Positions 47,758-58,229 of a stretch of DNA of 64,000 nt are shown piece by piece. The notes beneath the pieces were generated by a model. That model saw only the letters and a program-made list of their open reading frames with translations. It was not told the origin of the DNA and did no database searches. Position numbers and translations under genes: made by a program. How positions within the stretch are numbered: position 1 is the stretch's first letter; each line of letters opens with the position of its first letter. This DNA comes from Planctomycetota bacterium (GTDB taxonomy: Bacteria; Planctomycetota; B15-G4; SIAN01): the NCBI GenBank assembly GCA_031409275.1, contig JANNXA010000034.1, forward strand, positions 64,001 through 128,000, written 5' to 3'.

Positions 47758-49662
47758 TTGAAGAATCCAGCTCACAAGGCCCTGCTGCTAGGCATGGGCA
47801 TGGCTGGGATGGTCGGACGCGCGCACGCGGCCGAGATCCTGGTCACGACTGACATCTCCACGTCGACGACGTGGACCGCGGACAACACCTACAACCTCCA
47901 GAATCAGATCTACGTCATGCCGGGCGCGAGCCTGACGATCGAGGCGGGCACGCTGATCATCAGCGACACCGGCGTCGGCGGCAGCCTCGCGGTGACCAAG
48001 GGCGCGCAGATCTTCGTGCAGGGCACGCAGGCGGCCCCGGTGATCTTCACGTCGAAGGCGGACCAGGCCACCTGGACCGGCGGCGACCCGAAGACGGGCG
48101 CCTGGCGCGAAGGCGTGAACGAGTGGGGCAACCTGACGATCATGGGCGCGGGGTACATCTCCGAGAACGCCGTCGCGGGCAACACCGCCACTCCGAACGC
48201 GAACAACGTCGCGGCGATGGAAGGGCTCGTCGCCGGCTTCTCCGGTGACACGAAGGTCCTCTACGGCGGCGGCAACGACGACGACGACAGCGGCTCGATC
48301 AGCTACGTCTCGCTGCGCTTCGGCGGCAAGGTCGTCGGGCTCAACAACGAGCTGAACGGTCTTTCGCTCGGCGGCATCGGCCGCGGCACCGACATCCGCA
48401 ACGTCGAGATCATGAACAACGTCGACGACGGCGTGGAGATCTGGGGCGGCACGGTCAACCTCAAGTACCTCAGCATCTGGAACATCGGCGACGACTGCGT
48501 CGACCTCGACCAGGGTTATCGCGGCAAGATGCAGGACCTCCTGCTGGTGCAGGGCTATTCGACGAACGCGAGCCAGGGCTCGGGCGTCGGCGACAACTGC
48601 TTCGAGACCGACGGTGCCGAGGATTCGGACTGGCAGCCGGTCACCACGGCCACGATCTACAACGCGACGGTCATCGGCCAGCCGGTCGACGGCGACCACG
48701 CCACCGCGTGGCGCGACAACGCGCGCGTCCAGTACCGCAACTGCATCTTCATGGACCTCGGCGAGCGCCTGGTGTCGTTCGACAACCAGGACGGCGATGG
48801 CGGCAGCGGCTACGGCTTCAACGGCACGCTGTCGTGGGCAAGCACGTGGACCACGGACTGGAACAACTACTCCAGCGTGAACGCGCCGGCGAATCCGGCT
48901 GATTTCTACAAGGCGCAGACCTCGGGCAAGCTCGCCGAGATCACCGACAGCGTCTGCTTCCGCAACCTGAACAGCGCGGCCTACACCGAGGCGAACAACC
49001 GCAACGTCTTCGACGTCGCCAACAACAACGTCCAGATCGCGGGCTTCGCGGACGTCGACTCGCCGGTCACCACGCTGACCCGCGGCGCGGCGGTCGTCAA
49101 GGGCGGCAAGACGATGCTGCCGGTCACCTACCTCGATCCGCGTCCGGCCAATGAGGCGCTGACCAGCGTCGAGTGGGCTCCGAAGGACGGCTTCTTCCAC
49201 TCGGCGCGCTATCGCGGCGCGTTCAAGCCGGGTCTCAACTGGCTGTGTGGTTGGACGGCTTCGCAGGCCTATGGCTTCACGCCGACCGACTGCGGTTGGA
49301 CGGACCTCGAGAACGCGCTTGCCGGCACCAACGGCGATCCGCTGCTGACGGCCACCGGCGATCTGACGCCGGACACCGACATCACCGTCTACGTCAGCAA
49401 TGGCCTCCCGAATGCCTACGCGGCGCTGATCTTCGGTTTCTCCCGCATCGATATCCCCTTCCAGCAAGGGATCCTCGTCCCGTTCCCGAACGTCGTCATC
49501 CTCGGCCTGTTGACCGATGCCAACGGCGAGATCGAGATCACCGACACGATCCCGAGCGACGCTCCGTCCGACCTGAGCTTCTACGTCCAGTTCTGGATCT
49601 CCGATTCGGCGGGTCCGAAGAAGTGGTCGGCCACCAACTGCCTCCAGGGCACCACGCCCTGA
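47758..49662 (+). CDS. Secreted beta-helix-like protein associated with the TonB-dependent receptor, with a ~120-aa C-terminal beta domain
   Basis: GAGGAG plus TTG start, signal peptide, 'LTIEAGT', 'NELNGLSLGGIGRGT', 'DDGVEIWGGTV'. Confidence 0.85.
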   Translation: MKNPAHKALLLGMGMAGMVGRAHAAEILVTTDISTSTTWTADNTYNLQNQIYVMPGASLTIEAGTLIISDTGVGGSLAVTKGAQIFVQGTQAAPVIFTSKADQATWTGGDPKTGAWREGVNEWGNLTIMGAGYISENAVAGNTATPNANNVAAMEGLVAGFSGDTKVLYGGGNDDDDSGSISYVSLRFGGKVVGLNNELNGLSLGGIGRGTDIRNVEIMNNVDDGVEIWGGTVNLKYLSIWNIGDDCVDLDQGYRGKMQDLLLVQGYSTNASQGSGVGDNCFETDGAEDSDWQPVTTATIYNATVIGQPVDGDHATAWRDNARVQYRNCIFMDLGERLVSFDNQDGDGGSGYGFNGTLSWASTWTTDWNNYSSVNAPANPADFYKAQTSGKLAEITDSVCFRNLNSAAYTEANNRNVFDVANNNVQIAGFADVDSPVTTLTRGAAVVKGGKTMLPVTYLDPRPANEALTSVEWAPKDGFFHSARYRGAFKPGLNWLCGWTASQAYGFTPTDCGWTDLENALAGTNGDPLLTATGDLTPDTDITVYVSNGLPNAYAALIFGFSRIDIPFQQGILVPFPNVVILGLLTDANGEIEITDTIPSDAPSDLSFYVQFWISDSAGPKKWSATNCLQGTTP

Positions 49663-49725
49663 TCGCAGTCTCCACGCCGCGGACACTGCGCGGCTTGGCG
49701 TGATCGGTTCCTGATCGGTTCTTTC

Positions 49726-49762
49726 GGGGCGGCCGCCCGTTGGCGGCGGCCGCCCCTTCTCT
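49726..49762 (+). terminator. Intra-operon stem-loop (terminator or RNA stabiliser)
   Basis: 12-bp stem GGGGCGGCCGCC/GGCGGCCGCCCC followed by TTCTCT. Confidence 0.55.
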
Positions 49763-49822
49763 CGAGTCCGCCTGTGTCCTTGCTGTTCCTGTCTCGTCCT
49801 GACTCCAGACGGTGCTTCCCCT

Positions 49823-51067
49823 GTGATGAACGTACTCATGCTTCTGATGGTCGCGACGACGATGTCGCTCACCGAGTCCCTGGAGGCGTGCACCGCTCAG
49901 GTCCCACTGCCGGCGCCAGCTCCGGCAGTGGCGGCGACCGATGAGTCTGTGGCGAGCCCGTTCGACGCGCTGATCGATCTCGCCTGGCGCAGCGCGATCG
50001 CCGTTCCGCTGAACCCGCATGCGAAGACGCGGGCGCGGCTGCAGGAGTCGGTCGTCGACGCCTGCCTCGATCGAGCGGACCCGCAGCGCGCGCTGGCGTG
50101 GATCGACGCCATCGAGAACTGGCGCCGCGGCGCCGTCTACGCCGACTACGCATTTCGTTGCGCGAAGGCGGGCTCCCACGACGAGGCGCGCCGCGCCCTC
50201 GCGGTCGCGCTCGAGATCGCGAAGCTCCCGCCCGACGCGAATCCGCAGGATTGGCAGCGCGATCGCATCCTCTCCGGCGTCGCGCGCGCCTTGCTGGTGC
50301 TCGGGGATCGCGAGCCGGCGGCTCGCCTGGAGCTCGGCCTGTCCGAGTCGGAGTCGGGTCGCAGTGGCATCGTGCTGGCGGGCCAGCTTCCAGTCGAAGA
50401 ACTCGACGCGCAGCTCGCGATCCTCGACCCGATCCTGCTGAATGGCACGCTCGACCAGGTGCGCCACGCACTGGCCACGCTGACCGAGCTCTTTGACCGC
50501 TTCTACGCCGACGACGAGCGGCGTGGCTCGATCGAGTCGCGCATCGATTCCGTGCAGAGGAAGCTGCCGGTCGATCTGCGAATCGACGCGAGCCTCCGGA
50601 TGGCCGCAGCGGCCGTCGCCCACGACGCGCGGCCGCGCGCGCTGGCGCTCCTCGAGGACGCGCAGCGCGCGCTCGACGCCGCCCACTGGACGCCGGAGCT
50701 GCTGGTTCCGCTGCTCGCGCGCCTCGCGGTCGCGCGCCATGGCGCCGGCGACGCGACGCGCGCCCGCTTCGATCTCGACGCCGCGCTCGCGCACTTCCAC
50801 GCCGACCACGCGCGCATCGTCAACATCGATCGCGCCGACGCGCTGCGACCCGTCGCGGAAGGCTATGCGGCGCTCGGCGATCGGGCCGCGGCGCTCGCCG
50901 TCTATCGGCTCGCAGTCGAAGCTGGCGTCGAGAACCCGAACTCGCGACCGCGCGCCGAGGACCTCGTCCTGACGCTGCTGTCGCTCGCGAGTCACGCGGT
51001 CGAGCCTGACGCGCCGCTCCTCGATCGGTTGCGCAAGATCCACGAACTGCTGGGCGATCCGTGGTAG
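49823..51067 (+). CDS. Hypothetical alpha-helical repeat (TPR-like) exported protein
   Basis: 414-aa Ala/Leu-rich helical ORF overlapping the receptor start. Confidence 0.75.
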   Translation: MMNVLMLLMVATTMSLTESLEACTAQVPLPAPAPAVAATDESVASPFDALIDLAWRSAIAVPLNPHAKTRARLQESVVDACLDRADPQRALAWIDAIENWRRGAVYADYAFRCAKAGSHDEARRALAVALEIAKLPPDANPQDWQRDRILSGVARALLVLGDREPAARLELGLSESESGRSGIVLAGQLPVEELDAQLAILDPILLNGTLDQVRHALATLTELFDRFYADDERRGSIESRIDSVQRKLPVDLRIDASLRMAAAAVAHDARPRALALLEDAQRALDAAHWTPELLVPLLARLAVARHGAGDATRARFDLDAALAHFHADHARIVNIDRADALRPVAEGYAALGDRAAALAVYRLAVEAGVENPNSRPRAEDLVLTLLSLASHAVEPDAPLLDRLRKIHELLGDPW

Positions 51068-54000
51068 CGGCGGTGTGCCGGCGGCTGTGGTGGGCAGCGG
51101 CCGGCCTCCTCCTCTTCGTCCTGGCCGCTCCGGCTCACGCGCAAGCGCAAGTCGGCTCCATCCGCGGCCTCGTCCTCGACAAGGACTTCGACGCGCCGCT
51201 GCCGGCCGCCGACGTCACCCTGCTCGAGCTGAACCAGAAGGTCGTCGCCAACGACCAGGGCGGCTTCCTCTTCGCGCAGGTGGCGCCAGGCCGCTACACG
51301 CTGGTGTTCGCGAAGGAGGGCTACGTCCGCCAGGTGAAGAGCGACGTCGTCGTCACCGCGGGCCAGCTCACCGACCTGCGCGTCGCGCTTCCCGGCGACT
51401 ACTCCGACATGGAGGAGTTCGTCGTCGAGGACGTGCTGCGATCGGCCGCCGGCACCGAGGCGGCGCTGCTCGAGCTGCGACTCGACAGTCCGGCGCTGCT
51501 CGATTCGATCAGCTCCGAGCTCATGAGTCGCGCCGGCGCCAGCGATGCGGCGGGAGCGTTGCGACTGGTCGCGGGCGCCTCGGTGGCGGACGGCAAGACC
51601 GCCGTCGTTCGCGGCCTGCCCGATCGCTACGTGAGCTCGCAGCTGAACGGCGTGCGCCTGCCGACGGCGGACGAGGACAAGCGAGCGGTCGAGCTCGACC
51701 AGTTCCCGAGCGCCGTCATCGAGAGCATCCAGGTCAGCAAGACCTTCACGCCCGATCAGCAGGGCGATGCGTCGGGCGGAGCGGTCGACGTGCGCCTGAA
51801 GGGCGTGCCCGACGAGTCGATCTTCCAGATCAAGACGCAGCTCGGCGGCAACTCGCAGGTCACCGGGATCAACGATTTCCTGTCGTATCCGGGCGGTGGC
51901 GTGAACACCTGGGGTCGCGAGGATGGCGATCGCGACATCCAGAGCGATCGCATCGGCAGCAGCTGGGAGGGAGCGGCCGGCACCTCGACCGAGCCAGCGC
52001 CCAACGACTACAAACTCTCGCTCGCGCTCGGCGGCAAGCACGACCTCACCGACGACTGGAAGATCGGCGGCTTCCTGAGCCTCTTCTACGAGCGCGACAG
52101 CTCCTACTTCGACGACGGCGTCGACAACTCCCTGTGGATCGAAAACCCGGGCGATCCGCTGACGCCCGAGACGATCCAGGGCACGCCACAGGACGGCGAC
52201 TTCAAGACCGCGCTCTACGACGTGACGCAAGGCAGCGAGATGGTCCAGTGGGGCGGCCTCGCGACGTTCGGCATCGAGTCGGAGCACCACGAGGTCGCGC
52301 TCTCCTGGCTGCGCACCCACACCGCCGAGGACACGGCGACGCTGGCCATCGACACGCGCGGCAAGGAGTACTACTTCCCCGGCTACGACCCAGCCGATCC
52401 GAGCGATCCCGGCAATGCTCCAAACAACCTGAACGCTGCGCCCTACCTGCGCCTCGAGACGCTCGAGTACACCGAGCGCACCACCGACTCGCTGCAGCTG
52501 CACGGTCGCCATGAGCTGCCGCTGTTCGACCGCGGCGGCGACGGCTCGATGAGGTTGCGTCCGCCCGAGCTCGACTGGACCCTCTCCGCGAATGCGGCCG
52601 ATCTCGACCAGCCCGACAAGCGCCAGTTCGGCGCGCTGTGGTTGCCGGAGTCGCTGAATCCCGGCGCGCCGCCGTTCATCCCGCCCTTCACGACGCCCGA
52701 GACGTGGTTCCAGTACAAGCCGTCGGCCAACTTCACGCTCGGCAACTTCCAGCGCATCTGGAAGACGATCGCCGAGGAGAGCACGCAGTACACGGTGAAC
52801 CTGAAGCTCCCGTTCGATCAGTGGACCGGCGATCGCGGCTACTTCAAGTTCGGGCTCTTCGACGACGCGGTCGATCGCGACTTCGACCAGGACACGTTCA
52901 GCAACTTCAACGACAACAGCAGCTTCAGCGGCGGCTTCGACGAGCCCTGGAGCGCGGAGTTCCCGGACGAAGTCCACCCGATCACCGCCTCCTCGTTCGA
53001 CGTCGACTACAAGGGTGATCAGGAGATCTCCGCCTGGTACGGGATGGTCGATGTCCCGCTGATCTCGGCGTTGCACCTGATCGGTGGCGCGCGCATCGAG
53101 TCGACCGATCTCGCGATCGTGAACGACGCCGAAGCGGACGCGACCTGGTTCCCGCCCGGCGCCATCGCGCCGGTGGTGCTCGGGCCGGGCGACGCCGATG
53201 TCGAGTTCAGCCAGCGCGACGTGCTGCCGTCGATCGGCCTGAACTGGGAGCCGCACGAGACGGTGACGCTGCGCGGCGCCTACAGCAAGACCGTCGCGCG
53301 CCAGACCTTCAAGGAGCTCACGCCGATCCTGCAGCAGGAGTTCCTCGGCGGCCCGATCTTCATCGGCAATCCCGAGCTCACGATGAGCGAGCTCGAGAAC
53401 TTCGACCTGCGCGCCGACTACCGACCGCTGGAGCAGAGCCTGCTCTCCGCGTCCTGGTTCCACAAGGACGTCAAGGACCCGATCGAGTACGTGCAGCGCG
53501 TGGTCGGGTTCACGTACACCACCGCAGTCAACTATCCGAAGGGCAAGCTCGATGGCTTCGAGCTCGAGGCGCGCCAGGGGCTTGGCGTCCTGTGGGATCC
53601 GCTGCAGGGTTTCGGGGTCGGCGGCAACGCGACCTTCATCGATTCCGAGGTGACGCTGCCGGCCAACGAGATCGCGGAGTTCAACCTCCCGAACATCCGC
53701 CAGCCGATGCGCAAGCGCGACATGACCAACGCGCCCGACCACCTCTTCAATCTCTACGCGACCTGGGACATCGAGGCGAGCCGGACGCAGCTCGCGCTCT
53801 TCTACACCGTGCAGGGCGACGCGCTGGTGGCCGGCGCGGGGCAGTCGAACGGCAACTTCGTGCCGAGCGTGTACGCCAAGGAATACGCGACGCTCAACTT
53901 CAACATCGCGCAGAAGCTCGGCGACCACTTGAAGCTGCAGCTGCAGCTGAACAACCTCACCAACTCGAAGATCAAAGAGGTCTATCGCGCCGACGGGATC

Positions 54001-54078
54001 GGCGGCGACGTCACCAAGACCTCGTATGCGAAGGGTGTCGACTACTCGATCGGGCTCAGCGCGGAGTTCCGCTTCTGA
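51061..54078 (+). CDS. TonB-dependent receptor with N-terminal carboxypeptidase-regulatory-like domain
   Basis: Plug 'VRGLPDRY...LDQFPSAVIESIQVSKTFTPD', 'GNPEL...NFDLR', C-terminal Phe. Confidence 0.95.
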   Translation: MVAAVCRRLWWAAAGLLLFVLAAPAHAQAQVGSIRGLVLDKDFDAPLPAADVTLLELNQKVVANDQGGFLFAQVAPGRYTLVFAKEGYVRQVKSDVVVTAGQLTDLRVALPGDYSDMEEFVVEDVLRSAAGTEAALLELRLDSPALLDSISSELMSRAGASDAAGALRLVAGASVADGKTAVVRGLPDRYVSSQLNGVRLPTADEDKRAVELDQFPSAVIESIQVSKTFTPDQQGDASGGAVDVRLKGVPDESIFQIKTQLGGNSQVTGINDFLSYPGGGVNTWGREDGDRDIQSDRIGSSWEGAAGTSTEPAPNDYKLSLALGGKHDLTDDWKIGGFLSLFYERDSSYFDDGVDNSLWIENPGDPLTPETIQGTPQDGDFKTALYDVTQGSEMVQWGGLATFGIESEHHEVALSWLRTHTAEDTATLAIDTRGKEYYFPGYDPADPSDPGNAPNNLNAAPYLRLETLEYTERTTDSLQLHGRHELPLFDRGGDGSMRLRPPELDWTLSANAADLDQPDKRQFGALWLPESLNPGAPPFIPPFTTPETWFQYKPSANFTLGNFQRIWKTIAEESTQYTVNLKLPFDQWTGDRGYFKFGLFDDAVDRDFDQDTFSNFNDNSSFSGGFDEPWSAEFPDEVHPITASSFDVDYKGDQEISAWYGMVDVPLISALHLIGGARIESTDLAIVNDAEADATWFPPGAIAPVVLGPGDADVEFSQRDVLPSIGLNWEPHETVTLRGAYSKTVARQTFKELTPILQQEFLGGPIFIGNPELTMSELENFDLRADYRPLEQSLLSASWFHKDVKDPIEYVQRVVGFTYTTAVNYPKGKLDGFELEARQGLGVLWDPLQGFGVGGNATFIDSEVTLPANEIAEFNLPNIRQPMRKRDMTNAPDHLFNLYATWDIEASRTQLALFYTVQGDALVAGAGQSNGNFVPSVYAKEYATLNFNIAQKLGDHLKLQLQLNNLTNSKIKEVYRADGIGGDVTKTSYAKGVDYSIGLSAEFRF

Positions 54079-54103
54079 GCCGCAGTCGGCGCGTGGACCT
54101 CCC

Positions 54104-54934
54104 ATGGACATGGAAACGATGAAGCAGGATCACGGGAACGAATCGACCGGAAAGCGCCGCCGCGCGCTGCTTGGCCGCGGCGTGCTCACCGCGGCAGTCG
54201 GCGTGTTCTGCGCCGCGACGATGCTGGCGCGATCGGACGAGAGCGGCGTCGACACGGCGCGCGACGCGATCGCGAAGTGGGTCGAGACGCGCCGCATCCT
54301 GTCGCAGGAACGGCGCGACTGGGAGCTCGGCCGCGAGCTCCTGGACGATCGCATCGCGCTGGTGCAGCGCGAGATCGAGGCGCTGCAGGGCCGCATCGCC
54401 GACGCGCAGAAGAACGTCGGCGAAGCCGATCGCAAGCGCCTCGAGCTGCTGGCCGACAACGATCGTTTGAAGGCGGCGTCGAGCGCGCTGCTCGGCACGG
54501 TCGCCAGGCTTGAAGGTCGCACCAAGTCGCTGCTCGCCCGCCTGCCTGATCCGATCCGCGAGCGCGTCAAGCCGTTGAGCCAGCGCTTCCCCGACGATCC
54601 GGCGCAGACCAAGCTCTCGCTGGCCGAACGTTTCCAGAACGTGGTCGGCGTGCTGAACGAGGTCGACAAGTTCCACCACGAGATCACCATGACCAGCGAA
54701 GTGCGCCAGCTTCGCGACGGCACCGCGGCCGAGGTGACCGTGCTTTACGTCGGGATCAGCCAGGCCTACTACGCCAGCGCCAACGGCAAGGCCGCCGGTG
54801 TTGGCAGCGCTGGCAAGGAGGGCTGGCAGTGGACGCCGGCGGATGACGCTGCGCCCGAGATTCGCAAGGCGATCGCGATCCTGCGCAACGAAGCGGTCGC
54901 CGACTTCGTGCACCTGCCGATCCGGATCGATTGA
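54104..54934 (+). CDS. DUF3450 family coiled-coil protein
   Basis: Signal anchor, long coiled coil, 'SLAERFQNV', 'LYVGISQAYY'; position in the TonB operon. Confidence 0.8.
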   Translation: MDMETMKQDHGNESTGKRRRALLGRGVLTAAVGVFCAATMLARSDESGVDTARDAIAKWVETRRILSQERRDWELGRELLDDRIALVQREIEALQGRIADAQKNVGEADRKRLELLADNDRLKAASSALLGTVARLEGRTKSLLARLPDPIRERVKPLSQRFPDDPAQTKLSLAERFQNVVGVLNEVDKFHHEITMTSEVRQLRDGTAAEVTVLYVGISQAYYASANGKAAGVGSAGKEGWQWTPADDAAPEIRKAIAILRNEAVADFVHLPIRID

Positions 54935-54948
54935 GAGGAACTGAACTC

Positions 54949-56397
54949 ATGCAACTTCCCGCGACCGTTCGGTCCGTCCTGTTCCTCTCGTTGTCGAGCG
55001 TTGCGGCCGCGCCACGCGCAATGGCCCAGGAGACGCCGCCCGCCGCGCCCGCGTTCGCGGACGCCGCCGCGTCCGTGCAACGCCAGCTCGCCGAAAGCGT
55101 TGCCGAGCTCGACACGCTTCGCGCGCAGATCGCGGGCGAGCAGATCCCGCTCAGTCGAGAGCTGCGCGACCTCGAAGCGAGCCTCGTGCAGCAACGCTCC
55201 GCCTATCAGGACGTGGCCAAGGTCCTCGACGGGCGCACGCTCGACCTCGCCAACCTGCGCACCGAGATCCAGGCGCGCCAAGGCGAGTCGAGCTACCTCT
55301 CGAACCTGCTCGGTGAGTACATCAACAACTTCGAGTCGCGTCTCCACATCGCCGAGCTGCAGCGCTACGCCAACGAGATGAAGGCCGCGAAGCTCGCGCC
55401 GGAGAACAGCAACCTCTCCGCCGAGCAGGTCTACGCCGCGCAGGCGGGGCTGCTCGAGCTGTCGCTCGACCGCCTCGAAGAGGCTCTCGGCGGCAGTCGC
55501 TTCGAAGGGACGGCAGTCGATCCGGGCGGCGTCGTGAAGCGGGGCACGTTCGTGCTGCTCGGGCCCGCGGCCCTCTTCGCCTCGGACGACGGCAAGGAGG
55601 TCGGCACCGCCGAGCAACGCCTCGGCTCGCTCGAAGCGTCGGTGCTTCCGTTCACGAAGCCGGAGGACCTGCAGGCCGCGAGCCGGGTCGTCGGGACGTC
55701 GAGCGGACGCTTCCCGCTCGACCCGTCGGGCGGCAACGCGCACAAGATCGCGGCGACGCAGGAGTCGCTGATCGAGCACATCAAGCTCGGCGGCCCGGTC
55801 ATGGTGCCGATCTTCGTGGTCGGCTTCGCGGCGCTGTTCGTGGTGCTCGCCAAGTGGCTGTCGATGGCGTTCCTGCGCAAGCCGTCGGCCAGCCGCATGA
55901 GCGCGCTGCTCGCCGCCGTCGCGCGTCGCGACCAGCCGGGCGCGAAGCTCGAGGCGCAAGCGGTCGGCGGTCCCAGCGGGGCGATGCTGGCGGTCGGCGT
56001 CGCCCATCTCGACCAGCCTCGCGAGCTGATCGAGGAGGTGATGTACGAACAGGTCCTCGCCACGAAGCTCAAGCTGCAACGCTTCCTGCCCTTCGTCGCG
56101 CTCTCGGCTTCGGCGGCGCCGCTTCTCGGGCTGCTCGGCACCGTGACCGGCATCATGAACACGTTCAAGCTGATCACCGTGTTCGGCACCGGCGACGTGA
56201 AGACGCTGTCGAGCGGAATCTCCGAAGCGCTCATCACCACCGAGTACGGCCTGATCGTGGCGATCCCATCGCTGTTGCTGCACGCGCTGCTGACTCGCAA
56301 GGCGCGCGGCATCGTCGACGACATGGAGCGCAGCGCGATCGCGCTGATGAACGAGTACGGCAAGAGTGCGTCCTCCAACGTCGGGACCGCGGCGTAG
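54949..56397 (+). CDS. Extended MotA/TolQ/ExbB proton channel (TtpC-like)
   Basis: Signal peptide and coiled coil, 'PLDPSGG', 'APLLGLLGTVTGIM', 'GISEALITT'. Confidence 0.85.
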   Translation: MQLPATVRSVLFLSLSSVAAAPRAMAQETPPAAPAFADAAASVQRQLAESVAELDTLRAQIAGEQIPLSRELRDLEASLVQQRSAYQDVAKVLDGRTLDLANLRTEIQARQGESSYLSNLLGEYINNFESRLHIAELQRYANEMKAAKLAPENSNLSAEQVYAAQAGLLELSLDRLEEALGGSRFEGTAVDPGGVVKRGTFVLLGPAALFASDDGKEVGTAEQRLGSLEASVLPFTKPEDLQAASRVVGTSSGRFPLDPSGGNAHKIAATQESLIEHIKLGGPVMVPIFVVGFAALFVVLAKWLSMAFLRKPSASRMSALLAAVARRDQPGAKLEAQAVGGPSGAMLAVGVAHLDQPRELIEEVMYEQVLATKLKLQRFLPFVALSASAAPLLGLLGTVTGIMNTFKLITVFGTGDVKTLSSGISEALITTEYGLIVAIPSLLLHALLTRKARGIVDDMERSAIALMNEYGKSASSNVGTAA

Positions 56398-56413
56398 GCC
56401 GCGTTGCGAAACG

Positions 56414-57100
56414 ATGCCGACCATGGACACGATGCTCGTGCAGCTGCGCTCGCTCTGGGAGCGTGCGGTCACCATCTGGGTCGCGGGTGGCTGGGGCATG
56501 GCCGCCATCGCGTTCGACGCGCTGGTGCTCTTCGCGATCGGGATGCATGTGCACCTCGGCCTGCGCGCGAAGGGCTTCCACGCCGTGCACGAACGCACCT
56601 GGCGCCACTGGATCGACCATCCGCGCGAGCGGCATGGTCCGATCGGAGCGCTGCTCGACTTCGTTGGCGGCGCGCGCTCGCTCGCCGAAGCGGGCCAGGC
56701 CTTCTCTGGACTGCGCGCCACCGAACTCGCCTCGTTCGACCGCGACCTGCGCGTGATGCGAGTCTGCGTCACGCTCGCGCCGTTGCTCGGGCTGTTCGGC
56801 ACCGTGACCGGGATGCTCGCCACGTTCGGCGCGCTGGCGTCGGGATCGGGCGGCGAGAAGACCATGGGGATGATCGCGAAGGGGATCTCGGAGGCGCTGA
56901 TCACCACCGAGACCGGCCTCGTGATCGCGCTCCCGGGCCTCTTCCTGACCTACCAATTGTCGCGTCGACGTGACAGCTACAAGACCTTCCTCACCCATCT
57001 CGAGACGGTCTTCACCCAACAGCTTCACGCCGCGATGAAGCGGACGCGCGTGGCCGCGAGCGCCGCGGCGGCCGTGTTTCCCTCGACCTCTCCCTTCTGA
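56414..57100 (+). CDS. exbB: MotA/TolQ/ExbB proton channel protein
   Basis: 'APLLGLFGTVTGML', 'GISEALITTETGL'. Confidence 0.85.
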   Translation: MPTMDTMLVQLRSLWERAVTIWVAGGWGMAAIAFDALVLFAIGMHVHLGLRAKGFHAVHERTWRHWIDHPRERHGPIGALLDFVGGARSLAEAGQAFSGLRATELASFDRDLRVMRVCVTLAPLLGLFGTVTGMLATFGALASGSGGEKTMGMIAKGISEALITTETGLVIALPGLFLTYQLSRRRDSYKTFLTHLETVFTQQLHAAMKRTRVAASAAAAVFPSTSPF

Positions 57101-57115
57101 GCTGCGAGCCACTTC

Positions 57116-57529
57116 ATGGGACGTTTCCGCGATTCTGGATCGGATGAGGGCGGCGAAGGCGGCATCGACCTTTCGCCGATGATCGACTGCGTCTTCATCC
57201 TGCTGATCTTCTTCATCGTGACGACGACCTTCGTCGAGGAGACCGGCGTCGAGGTCGACAAGCCGCAGGCCGCGTCGGCCGTGCGGCTCGAGAAGACCAG
57301 CATCCTGATCGCGCTCACCGCCAAGGGCGAGGTGGTCTACGGCGGTCGCGACATCGGCATCGGCGGCGTGCAGCCGTTGGTGAAGCGGCTGCTGCAGAAG
57401 GAAGAGCTGCCGGTGATCGTGCAGGCCGACGCGGCGGCGGCGTCGGGGATGCTGGTCCGCATCATCGATCAGGCGAAGCTCGCCGGCGCGGCGAAGGTCA
57501 GCATCGCGGCCGCGGCGCCCCGGAGCTGA
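57116..57529 (+). CDS. exbD: Biopolymer transporter ExbD
   Basis: '[21 protein letters not shown]'. Confidence 0.9.
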   Translation: MGRFRDSGSDEGGEGGIDLSPMIDCVFILLIFFIVTTTFVEETGVEVDKPQAASAVRLEKTSILIALTAKGEVVYGGRDIGIGGVQPLVKRLLQKEELPVIVQADAAAASGMLVRIIDQAKLAGAAKVSIAAAAPRS

Positions 57530-57534
57530 CGGCG

Positions 57535-58227
57535 ATGGTCACGGAACCGCGAAGCTCTGCCGCCAGCCGCCTCCTGCGCAGCGTCGGCGTTTCGGCTGGA
57601 GCGCTGGCCGCGGCGGTCGGATTGTTCCTGCTGCTGCCGGTGCTGCAGGCCATCAGCGAGACGCCGCCGCACGACTTGATGGTGATGGAGGTCGACACCG
57701 CGAACGTGCCGCCGCCACCACCGCCGCCGCTCGAGGAGGAGCCGCCGCCCGAAGAGAGCGAGCCGGAGCCGGCGCCGCCCGACTTGACCGCGGATGCCGC
57801 GCCGCTCGATCTCTCGCAGCTCGAACTCGCCCTCGATCCAGGACTCGGCGCCGGCGCGATGGAGGGTGACTTCGCCGTCAAGCTGCAGGGGGTCACGAGT
57901 GCCGCGAAGGTCACCGGCGACGGCGACGAGGTCGACGCCCTCTTCTCGCTCTCCGATCTCGACCAGAAGCCGCGCGTCATCTACCAGCCGAGCCCGACGT
58001 TGACCGCGGAAGTGCGCAAGAAGGCGCCTGGCACGGTCTACGTGCTGTTCGTCGTCGACGCGTCGGGCAAGGTGCAGGACCCCGTCGTGCAGAGTTCGAC
58101 CGACCCCGTCTTCGAGCCGTCGGCGCTCGCCGCCGTGAAGCAATGGAAGTTCGAGCCAGGGAAGCGCAGCGGCCAGGCCGTGCGCTTCCGCATGCGCGTG
58201 CCGATCTCGTTCCCGAAAGGAGGCTGA
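57535..58227 (+). CDS. tonB: Energy transducer TonB
   Basis: TM helix, Pro-rich linker, TonB_C 'FVVDASGKV...AVKQWKFEPG'. Confidence 0.9.
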   Translation: MVTEPRSSAASRLLRSVGVSAGALAAAVGLFLLLPVLQAISETPPHDLMVMEVDTANVPPPPPPPLEEEPPPEESEPEPAPPDLTADAAPLDLSQLELALDPGLGAGAMEGDFAVKLQGVTSAAKVTGDGDEVDALFSLSDLDQKPRVIYQPSPTLTAEVRKKAPGTVYVLFVVDASGKVQDPVVQSSTDPVFEPSALAAVKQWKFEPGKRSGQAVRFRMRVPISFPKGG

Positions 58228-58229
58228 CC

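Noticed and set aside
49701..49722. Tandem 11-bp duplication TGATCGGTTCC/TGATCGGTTCT
   Set aside because: Only two units, no spacers; not CRISPR, and no support for a function.
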